From positions 19,656,001-19,720,000 of the forward strand of contig NC_086097.1 of the NCBI RefSeq assembly GCF_963921235.1: DNA of 64,000 bases. The letters are read 5' to 3'. Source of the DNA: Mobula hypostoma. Taxonomy: Eukaryota. The position numbers were made by a program, and so were the translations under genes. Under the pieces are notes generated by a model. That model was given only the letters and a program-made list of their open reading frames with translations. It had not been told where the DNA came from and ran no database searches. Positions 50,211-63,599 of this stretch are shown in pieces. The stretch's first letter is position 1. The number at the start of each line of letters is the position of its first letter.

Positions 50211-51140
50211 CTGGCGAGAGAAACACAAGGACTAACATTAACCACTTCCTCCCCAACTCCAAGGAGTAGCCCTCCCGGAGAAAAGTCTTTCTCAACGTCA
50301 GAACTGAACCCCAGAATAGGCTGGTGACCTCCTGATCTCTCGGAGGTCAACACAAGTAGGTTGGACAGTAAAAAAGGCTTACAGCACATTCTCCTTCATC
50401 AGCTGGGGCAACGAGTACAAGAGTCAGGAAGTCATGATTCTGTTGAGTATAAAACTGCTTCGGCTGCATTTTTATTATTGTGTCCAGTTTTGGTCACAGG
50501 AGAGGTGCAGAGGAGGCTCACCAGACCGCTGCCTGCATTAGAGAACTTTCACTCAAAGGGAACGGTGGACAGACCTGGATTGTTGCTGGAACATCAGAGA
50601 CCGTTGGGAGCCCTGGCAGAAGCGTATGAAGTTTTCAGAGAGACAGATAGAGTTTCTTTCCCAGAGTAGAGGTGTGAAATATAGAGGGCATTGCTTTAAG
50701 GTGAGGGGAAACATTTAAATAAGTGTGTTTTACTGGAGCCTGGAAGCAGCCTCTAGTAATGGTGGCAGAAGCAGTCACAGTAGTTGTATTTAAAAGGCCT
50801 CTAGACAGAGCCATGAAAATCTATCCTGGGCTCAACGTATTGTTGCAATTACAAAGAAGGCACAGCAGTTACTTTATTTCGTTAGGAGTCTGAGGAGGTT
50901 TGGTATTTCACCAAAGACTTCAGCAAATTTCTATAGCTATACCTGTAGAGAGCATTCTGACTGGTTGCATCACCTTCTGGTACGGAGCGGCCACTGCACA
51001 TGACTGGAAAAAGCTGCAGAGAGTTGTAAACTCAGCCAGCTCCATCATGGGCAATAGCCTCCCCAGCATCCAGGGCATCTTCAAAAGCAGATACCTCTAA
51101 AGGGTGGCATCCATCATTAAGAGCCCCCATCACCCAGTAC

Positions 51141-51714
51141 ATGGTGAGACCACACCTGGAGTATTGTGTGCAGTTTTGGTCCCCTAAACTGAGGAAAGAC
51201 ATTCTTGCCGTAGAGGGAGTACAAAGAAGGTTCACCAGATTGATTCCTGGGATGGCAGGACTTTCATATGATGAAAGACTGGATCGACTAGGCTTATGCT
51301 GTCTGGAATTTAGAAGATTGAGGGGGGATCTGATTGAAACGTATAAAATCCTAAAGGGATTGGACAGGCTAGATGCAGGAAGATTGTTCCCAATGTTGGG
51401 GAAGTCCAGAATGAGGGGTCACAGTTTGTGGATAAAGGGGAAGCCTTTTAGGACTGAGATGAGGAAAAACTTCTTCACACAGAGAGTGGTGAATCTGTGG
51501 AATTCTCTGCCACAGGAAACAGTTGAGGCCAGTTCATTGGCTATATTTAAGAGGGAGACAGATATGGCCCTTGTGGCTAAAGGGATCAGGGGGTATGGAG
51601 ATAAGGCAGGTACAGGGTTCTAAATTGGATGATCAGCCACGATCGTACTGAATGGCGGTGCAGTCTCGAAGGGCCGAATGGCCTACTCCTGCACCTATTT
51701 TCTATGTTTCTATG
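51141..51714 (+). mobile_element. Young CR1 3' fragment nested in a Rex1 relic (~50820-51935)
   Basis: ORF 51141-51623 [14 protein letters not shown]...; TTCTATGT tail. Confidence 0.88.
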
Positions 51715-52581
51715 CTCTCTTCTCAGTGCTATCATCAGAGAGGAGGTACAGGAGCCTAAAGATGCACACGCAACATTATATGAACAGCTCCCTCCCCTCC
51801 ACCATCAGATCCAACTCATGAACACCACCTCACTATTTTTTTGCTCTTTTTAAATAATTTAATTTTTTCCATATTTATTTCTGGTTGTAGCTCATTTTTT
51901 TATGTACTGCTGCTGCAAAACACTTAGTTTTTTTATGTGTACTGCTCTTTTACAGTAAAGTTTTCGATATTTAGAAACTTTTCATTATTTTTGAAAGCAT
52001 CTTTGCTTTACAAATTTTTTTACATATGCCTAAGACTTTTGCAGACTACGCTAGTGATATTAAACCAGAGAAAGACACACACACACAATGCCATTGCTAG
52101 CACTTCTCCTCTATTAGCTATCTACCGAATAAACATTTCACTTTTTTAGACGTTATGTTGTAACTTTTTGCTTCCCTATACTTGTTTCTCAACCTATGGC
52201 GTGATCTGTGACATCTGGGGAAAAAAAATTACAGCAGCGTTTTAATCATTTAAGCACCTTATTTTCTCGTGTGTTTTCCATAGGGCAGCATTGTGTCATC
52301 CACATTTTGGTCCAAGACCGAAGAGTGTTTGTTATCTTCCATAGATGCTGCCTGACTTAGATGCTTCCTCCACCATTGTGTGCGTGTGTCGTGTTCAAGA
52401 TTTCCAGCATCTGCAGAATCTCTTGTGTTTACGATTGTATCATCTATCCTCCCGTCACTCAAGTATTGTCTCCCCTCCCGAACCCAATCACATAGGAACA
52501 AATATACAGTAACTCTTCACCCTAAGGAATGCCACTCCCTACAGCTACTTAACTCAGTCCGCCTCTCTCCATTCCTCTTAC

Positions 52582-52645
52582 CTTCCCCCTTGATCTCATG
52601 AGCACATCCGATTGCCGCAGACTCAGCCACAACTAGGTGTTGGTT
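52582..52645 (-). CDS. ACSS1: ACSS1-like coding exon (absent from the ORF track)
   Basis: tttcag|NQHLVVAESAAIGCAHEIKGE|gtaaga; 64 bp; phases fit neighbours. Confidence 0.9.
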
Positions 52646-52998
52646 CTGAAAGTTCAAAGGAAACTCAAGTATCAGTGCTTTAATCTGGCTATCTGCTTCA
52701 AAGATTCCTGCCCTTACAGGACTAGATCAACCCAGGAGCGAGGCCTGGGTAGAATGGACTTGGAGATGATATTTCCTGTAGTTGGAGAGTCTTAGGATCT
52801 GAGGGCACAGCCTCAGAATAAAAGGACCAAGAAAAGGAATTTCTTCAAACAGACTGGTAAATCTGTTACAACAGTGGGCTGTGGAGGCCAGGTCTCTGGG
52901 TATGTTTAAGGTCGGCTCTTGATTAGTAAAGGCAGTTGAGGGTAACAGGGAGAGGGGGAGAATGGGGGAAAATAAAATAACCATGACTGAATAACAGA

Positions 52999-53352
52999 CC
53001 TCCAAGAGGACCACAACCTTGTCATAGGGTTTGAAAGCTTCTGTGCCTCAATGACCCAGAGAGATGGAGCCAGGGCTTTGTGCTTTGGCTCTTGGTAGGG
53101 TCACCCATGCCATCCAGGGTCAAAGGGTAGAGGCCACACTAAGAGTGGTCCATCGGACCTCCAGGTTCGGAGGTTCGGCTCGAGGCTAGTAACCCCGACA
53201 GGTCAAAAAAAAGCATGTAATGGAAACAGCAATGAAGAATCTTTCTCTCTCTATGTGCGGCTGAGGACCCCGGGCCACAGAGAGAAGATGGCCAAGGACA
53301 GACAGAGATTGCTGCCCTAAACACCAGCTGCGTAACAGATAGCAAGTAAGTA
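52999..53352 (+). mobile_element. Bipartite RTE-derived non-autonomous element
   Basis: RTE/BovB-like 5'UTR words (GGACCACAACCTTGTC, TCAATGA, GTAGGGTCACCCA, GTGGTCCA), AAGT-repeat tail, TSD-like AATA(A/G)CAGA. Confidence 0.6.
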
Positions 53353-53626
53353 AATAGCAGAGTGGACTTAATAGGCCAAATGGCCTAACTCTGCTCCAAT
53401 ATTTTTATTTTTGGTATATTTTATCAGAATCAGGTTTATTATCACTGACATACGTCACAAATGAAATGTGTTGTTTTGCGCCAGCGAGAGAGGATGCCTT
53501 GGTGTGAAAACCTACAGCCCATGAGGTGATTCTTTCAATAAATCCCCAAAGAAGAAATACCAGCTGATACTATTAAGTCTGAAGTGCAAGTTCACCACCC
53601 CAAATCACCCTTCTTGGTTCTCCTAC

Positions 53627-53754
53627 CACTGCGCCTTCAATCTCAGCCGTGCCCAGCCTGTGTCCGCTGATGTTAATGACATCGTCCAGCCTGCCCGTGA
53701 TCTGGTAATAGCCTTTTGCAGATCTGTACGCCCCATCGCCTGTGAAAAAGTGGT
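53627..53754 (-). CDS. ACSS1: ACSS1-like coding exon
   Basis: ccacag|(N)[42 protein letters not shown]|gtagga; 128 bp. Confidence 0.94.
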
Positions 53755-54294
53755 CTGTGGAGAGAAAGGAGAGAAGGTGCTTTCTCAGAGATCGTTCACT
53801 GTGGCCGCGACTTTCTTTACCCTGCTCTTGCACCAGCAGTTTTGCTGCCCCTTTAATGTCAGCCCCACAATGATCAGTAGTTTCCTCGATGCCTCCCAAG
53901 GGGTCTTCTCACTGCCATCTCACCCACAGACTGGCAACCCCCCTGGTTTTGACATTCTTATCCTGTTACAGGAGTAAAACTGAACTTCAGATTCCCAATC
54001 TCGAGCAGGAGGAATCTCATTTTTTCAGCATTCCTATTCCACAGTCCCGATCTTGACATAATTTAGACGAGTGCTGCTTCAGCATAGAATAAGATGGCAC
54101 AGAAGATGACTATTCGGCCCATTAAGCCTGTGCAAGTTCTTTGACGGTTCTCTCCAATAGTCCTCGTCAAGGAGGGGATGGGACCATTTGTCAGCAGTCT
54201 AATCTCTCCAGCCCATTCTACCATATCCACTACCTAACTCCACAAGCAAGACTTTACCTCATTACCTTATTTGGTAATGAAATACCCAACCATT

Positions 54295-54560
54295 TTATTT
54301 ATTTAGGGACACAGCACGGAACAGGACGTCTGGCCCTTTGACCCATGCCACCAGGAACCCATCGATTTAACCCTAGCCTAATCACGGGACAACTTACAAT
54401 GACCAATATCCTACTAACATCTTTGGACTGTGGGAGGAAACCAGAGCACCCGGAGGAAAACCTCACATTCCACTGAGAGGACATACAAACTCCTTACAGA
54501 GGATGCCAGAATTGACCTCCAAACTCCAGCACCCCAAGCTGTCACAGCTATGCTACCAAC
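54295..54560 (-). mobile_element. HE1/V-SINE-type SINE
   Basis: V-domain on -; other approximate copies at 9335-9495, 20290-20600, 26760-26960, 55710-55945, 61080-61315, 62640-62870. Confidence 0.65.
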
Positions 54561-56401
54561 TGGTACCGTAATTTTAAATTATCAGCCAACCCAGAACTTA
54601 GTGCTAATTGCTGTACAGAAATCTACTACTGGCAATGTGTCGGAACGTTTCATAACTTCAACACTGAAAGGCCTGTCTCTGATTTCACAATCAGTGATTC
54701 CAGGCAATCTCTCCATTTACTTCAGCTTTTATTATTTGAAATGTCAATCTCGTAACATTTTAAACTTATTACTTCCATGAACCACTTTAACTTCTGTCAA
54801 TTCTCCTGGTAAATTATCCTTTGGAGCTGGGTATCATTCTGATAGGGATGGGCTGCTGTCCATCACAGGTTATAATCCCCACTCTGCCAGTTACTCCTTT
54901 GGTAATTTATTACTGTCACATGATTAAGACATGCTCTTTAATCCAGGCAAAATCCTAGTAAATCTCCTCTACACTCTCTCTAAGCCTTCCATATCCTTCC
55001 TGTAGTGAAGCAACCAGAACTGAACACAATACACCTAGTCTAACCAGAGTTTATAGAGCTGCAATATTACTTGTGGCTCTTGAGTTTGGCACGGACTAGA
55101 AGGGCTGAGATGGCCTGTTTCCATGCTGTTATGGTTATATGGTTGAACTCAATTCCCCAGTCAATGAAACCCAACACACCATATGCCTTCTTAACCAACC
55201 GAGGGTTCTATGGACCTGGACTCCAAGGTTCCTCTGTTCCTCCTCACTGCTAGGAATCCTACCATTCACTTTGTACTCTGCCTTCAAGCTTGAATCCAAA
55301 GTGAATCACTTCACATTTTTCTGGATTGAACTCCACCTGCCACTTCTCAGCCCAGCTCTGCTTCCTGCCTATGTCCTATTGCAACCTACAACCTTCTACA
55401 CTATCCACAACATCAGAGGGTCCTCAATGTCATATTCAAACTTTAAAAATCACGAAGATTTTTTTAATCTTTATCATTTTTTTTCATCACTTCCTTGAAA
55501 ACGTCAACCAGGATTCATGAGGCATGATCTGGCCTTCATAAAGCTATGCTGACTATACCTAATAAGACTATGCCTCTCCAAATGCTCATAAGTCTTGTCC
55601 TTAAGAATCCTCTCCAGTAGTTTTGCCACCATTACACCTGTAGACATTGGAGCCTAACTAGGCAATTTGGACCATTGAGTCTGATCTGCCATTCCATCAT
55701 GGCTGATTTAAAGAGTCAGCATGGTAATAAGGTCTTCTGGCCAACAAGCCCACGCCGCCTGGTTACACTCATGTGACCAATTAACCTTCTAGCCTGTACA
55801 TCTTTGGAACGTGGGAGGAAACGAGCACCTGGAGGAAAACCAAGCAATCACGGGGAGAATGCACAAATTCCTTGGACACAACGACGGGAATTGAACCTGG
55901 GGTGTGCCGCCGCTGTAACTGCACTACACTATCCGTTAGGCTGCCATGTCTCACCACTGATGTAAAACTAACTAGTCCACGATTACCAGGATTATCCCTT
56001 CTTGATCAAAGGTACGAGATTTACCATCCTCCGATCTACTGGTGCTACTGCTATGGCCAGTAAGGACGCAAAGATCTTCATCAATGACCCTGCAATCTCT
56101 TCCCTCACTTCCCACACTAACCTGTGGTTTATCCTGTCCGGCCCTGGGAATTCATCTATTCTACTATTTTTCAAAAGCTCCAAAGATGCACATCTCTTAA
56201 CCTCAGCATGCTCCAGCACATTCATCTGTTCTACAATAGCCTCACATTCATCAAGGTCCCACTTCCTAATGAAGCAAAGTATTAATTAAGAACCTCCCCT
56301 ACCTCCTCCTCCTCCTCCTCCAGGCACGTTTCCCCCTTTATCTCTGAGTGGTCCTACCCTCACTCCAGTCATCTCCTGCAACTCACGTACGTGTAAAATG
56401 C

Positions 56402-56608
56402 AAACACGAGGAAATCTGCAGATACTGGAAATTCAAGCAACACACATCAAAGTTGCTGGTGAACGCAGCAGGCCAGGCAGCATCTCTAGGAAGAGGTACA
56501 GTCGATGTTTCAGGCCGAGACGAAGGGTCTCGGCCTGAAACGTCGACTGTACCTCTTCCTAGAGATGCTGCTTGGCCTGCTGCGTTCACCAGCAACTTTG
56601 ATGTGTGT
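56402..56608. mobile_element. Palindromic Penelope pseudo-LTR insertion
   Basis: ~80-bp arms folded within the hammerhead; TSD TAC(G/A)TGTAAAATGC at 56388-56401 and 56609-56622. Confidence 0.85.
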
Positions 56609-57483
56609 TACATGTAAAATGCCTTGGGATTTTCCATAATTTTCTTCATCAAGACCTTCTGATGTCCCTTTTTAGCTCTCCTGAGTCCTTTTTAAGCTTC
56701 ATCCTGACTACCTTATAACACTTAAGAGCCATGTTGATCTTTGCTTCCTAAACTAAAGTATGCATCTATGCATTCCTCTTCCTCTTGACTAAAAGTTCCA
56801 CCTCTTGTCAACCACGGTTCCTTCACCCTACCTTCTTTTCTCTGCCTCAATGGGACAAACCTATCCAGGACCCTATGCAAGTGCCCCCTAAGCAAGCTCC
56901 ACACCTGTGTTGTGCAGATAAAGTGCAGTGCAGGTAGACAATAAGGAGCAAGAGCCCTGACAATGTAGATTGTGAAGTCAGGAGTTCCTGATATCAAACA
57001 ATTCAATATTCTTACAACAGTGAGACAAAAGCTGTCCTTCAGCCTGGCAGTTCATGCTTTCAGGTTTTTGAACTTTCTCCTTGAGGGGAAGGGAGCGAAC
57101 AGAAAATATCTGGGGTCTTTGATTGTGCTGGATGGTTTACTGAAATGGCAGGAAGTATAGACAGAGATCTTAGAGGTGGCTAGTTTCAACTATCCATTCA
57201 ATTCCACTTAGCAACTGACTGCTGAATTGACCTCTGAACTGTTCGAGGTGCTCCAGATCTAACAGCTCATTGGGTGAGCAGTTTTTGCTTCATTTGCTCT
57301 CCACCATCCCAGTTCTTTGGCTTTATTCCATGTCTTCCAGTTACCAGCCATTCTGCTAATTACTTGTCAAACTTCTCCTACTAATATTTTCTACCTCAGA
57401 CAGTGTGCACAGTCTCTCCCGAGGACGCAATTCCCTCTTCCCTGCAACAAATCTCCTATGATCGATGCAAAGAGTGCACTCAC

Positions 57484-57610
57484 TGGGGTAGGGCTTGAAA
57501 TAAGTGTTCACAAATCTGTTGTGGTCGTTGTAGATAGTCCTGGCCATCCCAGGCCACGGCTGGGCGATGCATAGCGAGCCAGAGATATTGTTGCCCGTCA
57601 ACCTCCTACC
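57484..57610 (-). CDS. ACSS1: ACSS1-like coding exon
   Basis: ttccag|GRRLTGNNISGSLCIAQPWPGMARTIYNDHNRFVNTYFKPYP|gtgagt; 127 bp. Confidence 0.94.
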
Positions 57611-58459
57611 CTGGAACAGACAGAGCAAAGTCAGTACGCAGAATGTAGAACAATACAGCACGGTACAAGGCCCTATGGCCTACGATGTTACACCATTCTT
57701 TTAACCTACTCCGAGATCAATCTAATCCTTCCCTCCCACATGGTCCTCAATTCTTCTTCATCCATGAACTATCTAAAGGTCTCTTTAATGTCCCCATTCT
57801 ATCCGCCTCTACCACCACCCCCATCAGTAAATTCCAGGCACTTGGCTCTCTGTGTAAATCTCCTCTAAAATGTTGCCGCTCACTTTAAAGGGATGTCCTC
57901 TGACATGAGCCATTGGCACCCTGGGGAAAAAGGCAGTGGCTGTTCACTGTGTCTATGGCTTTTATCAATTTGTATACTTCTAGCACCTCTCATCCTCGTT
58001 CGCTCCAAAGAGAAAAGCTCAAGCCTATCTTCATAAGACATGCTCTCTAGTCCAGGCAGCATCCTGGTAAACCTCCCCTGTACCCTCTCTTGTGCTTCCA
58101 CATCCTTCTTATAATGAGGTGACCAGAACTGAACACAGTACTCTAAGTGGGGTCAAACCAGACGTTTATAGAGCTATAACATTACCTCATGGCTCTTGAA
58201 CTCAATCCCTGACAAATGAAGGCCAACGCACTGCACTCCTCCTTAACCATCCTATCAATTTACGCAGCAGCTCTGAGAGATCTGTGGACTTGGACCCCAG
58301 GTTTCTCCACACTGCTAAGAATTCTGCCATTAACTTTGCACTCTGCCATCAAGGTAGTCTTCCAAAGTGAATCACTTGGCATTTTTCTGCAGTGAGATCA
58401 AGGGACCGAGTTAACTTTACTCAACGGTTGGAGAGCTAACTCAAGCTGCAAATATGAAT

Positions 58460-59245
58460 CATTCTACGGAAGATTACAGGACAAATGAAATAGACTAGTG
58501 AACAGGCAAGAAAGAGGCTAACCATACCATACATCAGGAAGGTTTCCGAAATGACAAGACTGCTCCAACCGCATGGAATAATACTGGCACACAAACCCAG
58601 CACAATCATCAGAACAAAAGATCCAACGGCCCGTGTGGACAGAACAAATGTACTATACCAAATCCTTTGTGGAGACTGCCCAAAACACTATGCAGGACAG
58701 ATGGGGAGAAAACTATCCATGAGACTATATGAACATCAGCTAGCCATAAGAAGATGTGATCCACTGTCACCCATCTCAGAAAATGAAGACCGAGACACAA
58801 GTTCGTCTGGAAAGCTACAAAAATCCTAGCAGAAGCACAAAAGAAGAAATCAAGGGAATTCTCAGGAGCTTGGTTCTGAATGGAAAACTCTGCTAACAAG
58901 CATATGGAACTGGACACAATTTATGAACTAATGCATCTGCAGGATCAGGACCAAGGGGTGAGCTGCAGACACCAGAGGAGCCAACGCTCACAACGACCGA
59001 TAACCAGGCATACGGGCTAGTGGAGATCACTCAGCTATCCAGTTGGCAGGATCCAGTGGAGACTGATGACCAGTGCGACAGCCACCGAGTCAGACCAACA
59101 TAAAGATGAACACTCGGCAGACAGAACACTCCACTGCACACTGATAATGCCACCTCCGCTGGCGATGAAACGTCTGCGACCTAACCTCCAGGCTCAGCAA
59201 ACAACCCAGAAATAAGCAGCCGACCCGAGCTACCAATCTTCTCTT
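58460..59245 (+). mobile_element. Second Penelope-like family relic (GIY-YIG) with hammerhead remnant at 59137-59178
   Basis: NVLYQILCGDCPKHYAGQMGRKLSMRLYEH; CACA-CTGATAA-tGCCA(cctccgc)TGGCgat-GAAA-CG-TC-TGCG. Confidence 0.78.
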
Positions 59246-60539
59246 TCATTTCCAAGGTCACAAGAACCAAGCGAGCAGGAAGACATGAGTGATAGGGCAA
59301 TACAGCACAGAAACAGGCCCTTCCATCCCAAGCAATCCATGCAAACCAACATGCCCATCCAAACAAGTCTCATTTGCCCTTGTTTGACCCATATCCTGTC
59401 ACATGCTGAAAGGTTTGGTGTTGGTTTATTATTGTCATGTACCAAGATAGAGTCAAAAGCTTGTCTTGCATACTGTTTCAACAGACTACACAGTGCGGAG
59501 ATAGAATAAAGTAAAACAACAACAATGCAGAATAATGTGTAAAAGCTGCAGAGAAAGTGCAGTGCAGGTTAACAACAAGGTGCAGGATCATAAAGAGGCA
59601 GATTGTAAGGCCAAGACTCCATCTTTCCATTCAAAAGTCTGATATCAGTGGGACAGAAGCAGTGCTACGGGCTTTCAGGCTTTCGTATCTTCTCCCTGAC
59701 GGGAGACAGGAGAAGAGAGAATGCCCGGGGTGGCTGGGGTCTTGGATTATGCTGGCTTCTTTACTGAGGAAGTGAGAAGTATAGACAGAGTTCATGGAGA
59801 GGAGGCTGGTTTCTGTGATGTCCACAGCTCTCTGCGGTTTCACGCGGTCACGTGCAACACAGACGCAATGGGAGCTATACACGTGCTGTAGATGTGGCTG
59901 AAAGGTCTCTTTCCACGTTACACTTAGAGTCATAGTACCCTACAGCAAAGAAACAGGCCCTTCGGCCCATCCTGTGCATACCAAACCTGCCTAATCCCAT
60001 GCCCACCCATCCATGTACCTGTCCAAAGTTCTCCTAAAAGCTGAAATCAAAATCGCATCCACCACTTGCACTGGCAGTTTGCCCCACACTCTCGCCATTC
60101 GGAGTGAAGAAGTGCTCCCTCGTGTTCCCCTTGAATGCTTCACCTTTCACCCTTAACCTATGACCTCTAGTTCTAGTCTTGCCCAACTTCAGTGGAAAAA
60201 GCCTGCTTGCGTTTACCCTATCATTCTACGCTGTTCGAAAGTGCTGTCTTTCGCGAATGGGCCACAGCTGTAGCTGTCATCACCTGCTGACTCACTGCAA
60301 ATACTGCATTCCTGCGGGACAAGGCACTTCCTCAAACCCACACTTCCCATGGCCTTTCACTGAGAGTTCAAATCACCGCATATTCTCCAGCAGGTCCCAG
60401 CCAGAACACATTACATTCCCTTTTGCTCCCTCAGTTCAGCGAGCATTATACACAGGCCAGCATCTTACTGATCTCCCCAGGCGAAGTGGCAGCAGCAGAA
60501 AAGCGAACCAGAGGGATTCGGACAATGTAACCCGGTTAC

Positions 60540-60652
60540 CTGCTCATCCATGAGGACAGGATCTATTCCAAAGAAGGGCCTCATGGCCATGGCTGGGACG
60601 ATCTCAGCGTCTCTCTTGGCAGGGTGGGGAGCAATACAGATTCCACCAGTCT
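60540..60652 (-). CDS. ACSS1: ACSS1-like coding exon (most 5' exon found in the window)
   Basis: ttccag|(E)TGGICIAPHPAKRDAEIVPAMAMRPFFGIDPVLMDEQ|gtaacc; 113 bp. Confidence 0.93.
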
Positions 60653-62061
60653 CTGGAAGACAAAGTGTCCATTAGTATAGAGGATCAACTTACTTCCAGA
60701 TCACCATCACCATTACATGCCATGTCGTATGATCTGGGCGATCATGGTCCATGACCATAATTGTTTTTGGCAAATTTGTCTTCAGAAGTGGTTTGCTATC
60801 ACCTTCTTCTGGGCAGCGTCTTTACAAGTCAGTTGGCCCCAGCCAGTATCAATACTCTTCAGAGACTATCTGCCCAGCAACAGTGGTTGCACAAGCAGGA
60901 CATGTGATATGAACCAGCCGCTCATACGACCTTCGACCAACTGCTCCCATGGCTTCAGGTGACCCTGATCGAGGGCCTAGGCAGGTGCTACACCTTGCCC
61001 AAGGGTGACCTGCAGGCTAGTAGAGGGAAGGAGCATCTTACACCTCCTTTGGTAGAGACGTATCTCCACTCCGCCACTCTCTGAGATACAGCACGGTAAA
61101 TAAACCCTTCTGAACCAACAAGTCCACGCCATCCAATTACACCCATGTGACCAATTAACGCTACTGACCTGTACACCTTTGGAATGTGGGAGGAAACTGG
61201 AGCACCCAGAGGAAACCCACATGGTCACTGAAAGAACATATAAACAGTGGCAGGCATCGAATCCACGTCACTGGCGCTGTAAAAGTGTTACGCTAACCAC
61301 TTCGCTACTGTGCTCCTCTAATTCATCAGATCCTCAAGGCAGATAATCAGCCCTTCACACAGAAACACTGAGAGCCCTCTTTTGCCTCACGAACCATGTC
61401 AGCAACAGAGTCTATTTGTAAAGTAATTGTAATAAATGGTCACTAATTACTCAACTTATCCTCACACACAATGCAAGGCTTTCTACTGGCCCCTTCTTCC
61501 TGCACAGTTAACTCCTTCAGTTCCTCTGCTGAAGTCCACTCGCCGTGCAAGAGGCACAGCAGTGCAGTCGCCAGCGCTGCCGCCTCACAGCTCCCGCGGT
61601 CCGGCTTCGGGCCTGACCTTCGGTGCTCGCTGCGTGGAGTCTGCACGCCCTCCCTGTGACCGCATGAATTTCCTGCCGGCGCTCCGGCTTACTTTCCACA
61701 TCTCAAGGACGCGCAGGCTGGTAGGTTAGCTGGCCACTGTAAATTGCTCCAAGTGCGCTGAGGCTCTGTGATTTGCTACTCCACTGCAAAGTCCGTTTGA
61801 GGTATGCCTCCCACGTAAAGGTTTAAATGCTCAAAGCTTTAGAGAGGGTGCCGAGATTTATCAGGATTCTGCCTGGATTGGAGAGCATGTCCTTTGAAGA
61901 AGGGCTTTTCTCTTTGGAGCCAAGGAGGATGAGAGGTAGCTTGATAGAGATGTACAAGATAATAAAAAGCATAGATAGAGTGGACCATTAAAAACTTTTT
62001 CCCCGTGCTGGAAATGGCTGATGCCATTGGGCATAATTTAAAGATGATCAGAGGAAAGTAT

Positions 62062-62520
62062 CAGACGAAGGCCCCAAATCCTCGGCTTTGTGTATCGCCT
62101 GTTGCCGGGGCCGGGGTCGAAATGCTCGGCAGAGATGGTGCTCGGTGTCAAATAGGTGGTCGGAGGCTCGGAGTTTTTCGGACGGACTCGGAGTCAGACT
62201 GTGGTCGGATGTTTCCGGGATGCTGCACCGGCAAGTTGGCGGCGCTGGAGGTTCACCGTCTATGTGAGATAATGGGACTTTCGAGTGACTCTGAGACTTT
62301 TACTGTGCCATGGTCTGTTCTTATCAAATTACGGTATTGCTTTGCACTGTTGTAACTATATGTTATAATTATGTGTTTTTTGTTAGTTTTTAAGTCGGTT
62401 TGTCATGTGCTTTCGTGATATCATTCTGGAAAAACATTTTTATCACTTCTTAATGCATGCATTACTAAATGACAATAAAAGGGGACTGCATGTCCTCATA
62501 ATCATAATAATAATAATAAT
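62062..62520 (+). mobile_element. Non-LTR 3'UTR-type insertion with (ATA)n tail inside a CR1 relic
   Basis: ATGACAATAAA then ATA repeats; host GAGGAAAGTAT|AGGGGGATGTCAG is collinear. Confidence 0.6.
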
Positions 62521-63060
62521 AGGGGGATGTCAGACGCAAGTTCTTTACACAGAGCGTAGTGAATGTGTGGAATGCCCTGCAAGGGTGGTGGTAGAAGAGG
62601 CAGATACATCAGGGGCATTCAAGAAACTCTTAGACAGACACATTCCCACTGCTGTCTGAAAGGAGTTTGTACATTCTCCCCGTGACCGTATGGGTTTCCT
62701 CCAGGTGCTCTGGTTTCCTCCCACAATCCAAAGACAAAACAGTTGGTTAAGTTAATTAGTCATTGTAAATTGTCCCGTGATTAGGCCAGGGATAAATCAG
62801 GGGATTGCTGGGTGGTGTGGCTTGAAGGGTCAGAAGGGCCTATTCTGTGCTGTATCTCAATAAATAAAACAAATAATTAAATTATGATAGCAAAATGGAG
62901 GAGGGAAGGGTTAGATTGATCTTGGAAAGGTTAAATGGTTGGTAGAAGATCATGGGTCAAAGGGCCTGGCCTGTGCTGTGATGTTCTATGTTCTCTTTTC
63001 AACAGTCCAGTGAGACTGACTCTCGCTGTTCCCCCTTCATAACCTCGACTGCTTTCTGGC

Positions 63061-63160
63061 AGTCCTGATGAAGCGTTTTGCCCTGAAACGGCAACTATAT
63101 ATTCCTTTCAACAGATGCTGCCTGACCTGCTGAGTTCCTCTAGCATTTTGTATGTTTTGC
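63061..63160 (+). mobile_element. Decayed Penelope pseudo-LTR with hammerhead remnant
   Basis: AGTC-CTGATGA-AGCGTTTTGCCCT-GAAA-CG-GC-AACT (cleavage triplet mutated). Confidence 0.7.
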
Positions 63161-63599
63161 CTCAGTACGATGTTGCATTAATAGACTTCTTTCAGTCACA
63201 GGACCAACAGTATAACCCATCTTTATTCAGAGATTGCAAAGGCCCAGAACAGATGGTAATAATACTGAACAACCCTTTTCTCTCAACAAATCAGGGGCAG
63301 AACCTTGTCTCCAAGTGTCTCTCTACTCCTGTTACTGTAGATGGCAGCACTCCCATCATCCATCCAGCAGGGAGAGGCATTGAGCCCATTCTCGAGCTTT
63401 ACGCCTGGAACTCAACACCAGTTCTGTACTGAGGGAGAAGCAGACCATCAGAACTTTAGATGAAAAGACAATGGGGTGACCTGTTGGGCACCCTTTGAGA
63501 GAAGGGTAATGCAGTGTGATGTGACCAGGATGAACATTAAATTTTCCTGAATGCTATTGGTATCGCTTTGCTTTGGAAACTGAAGCAGAAAACCTCAGT

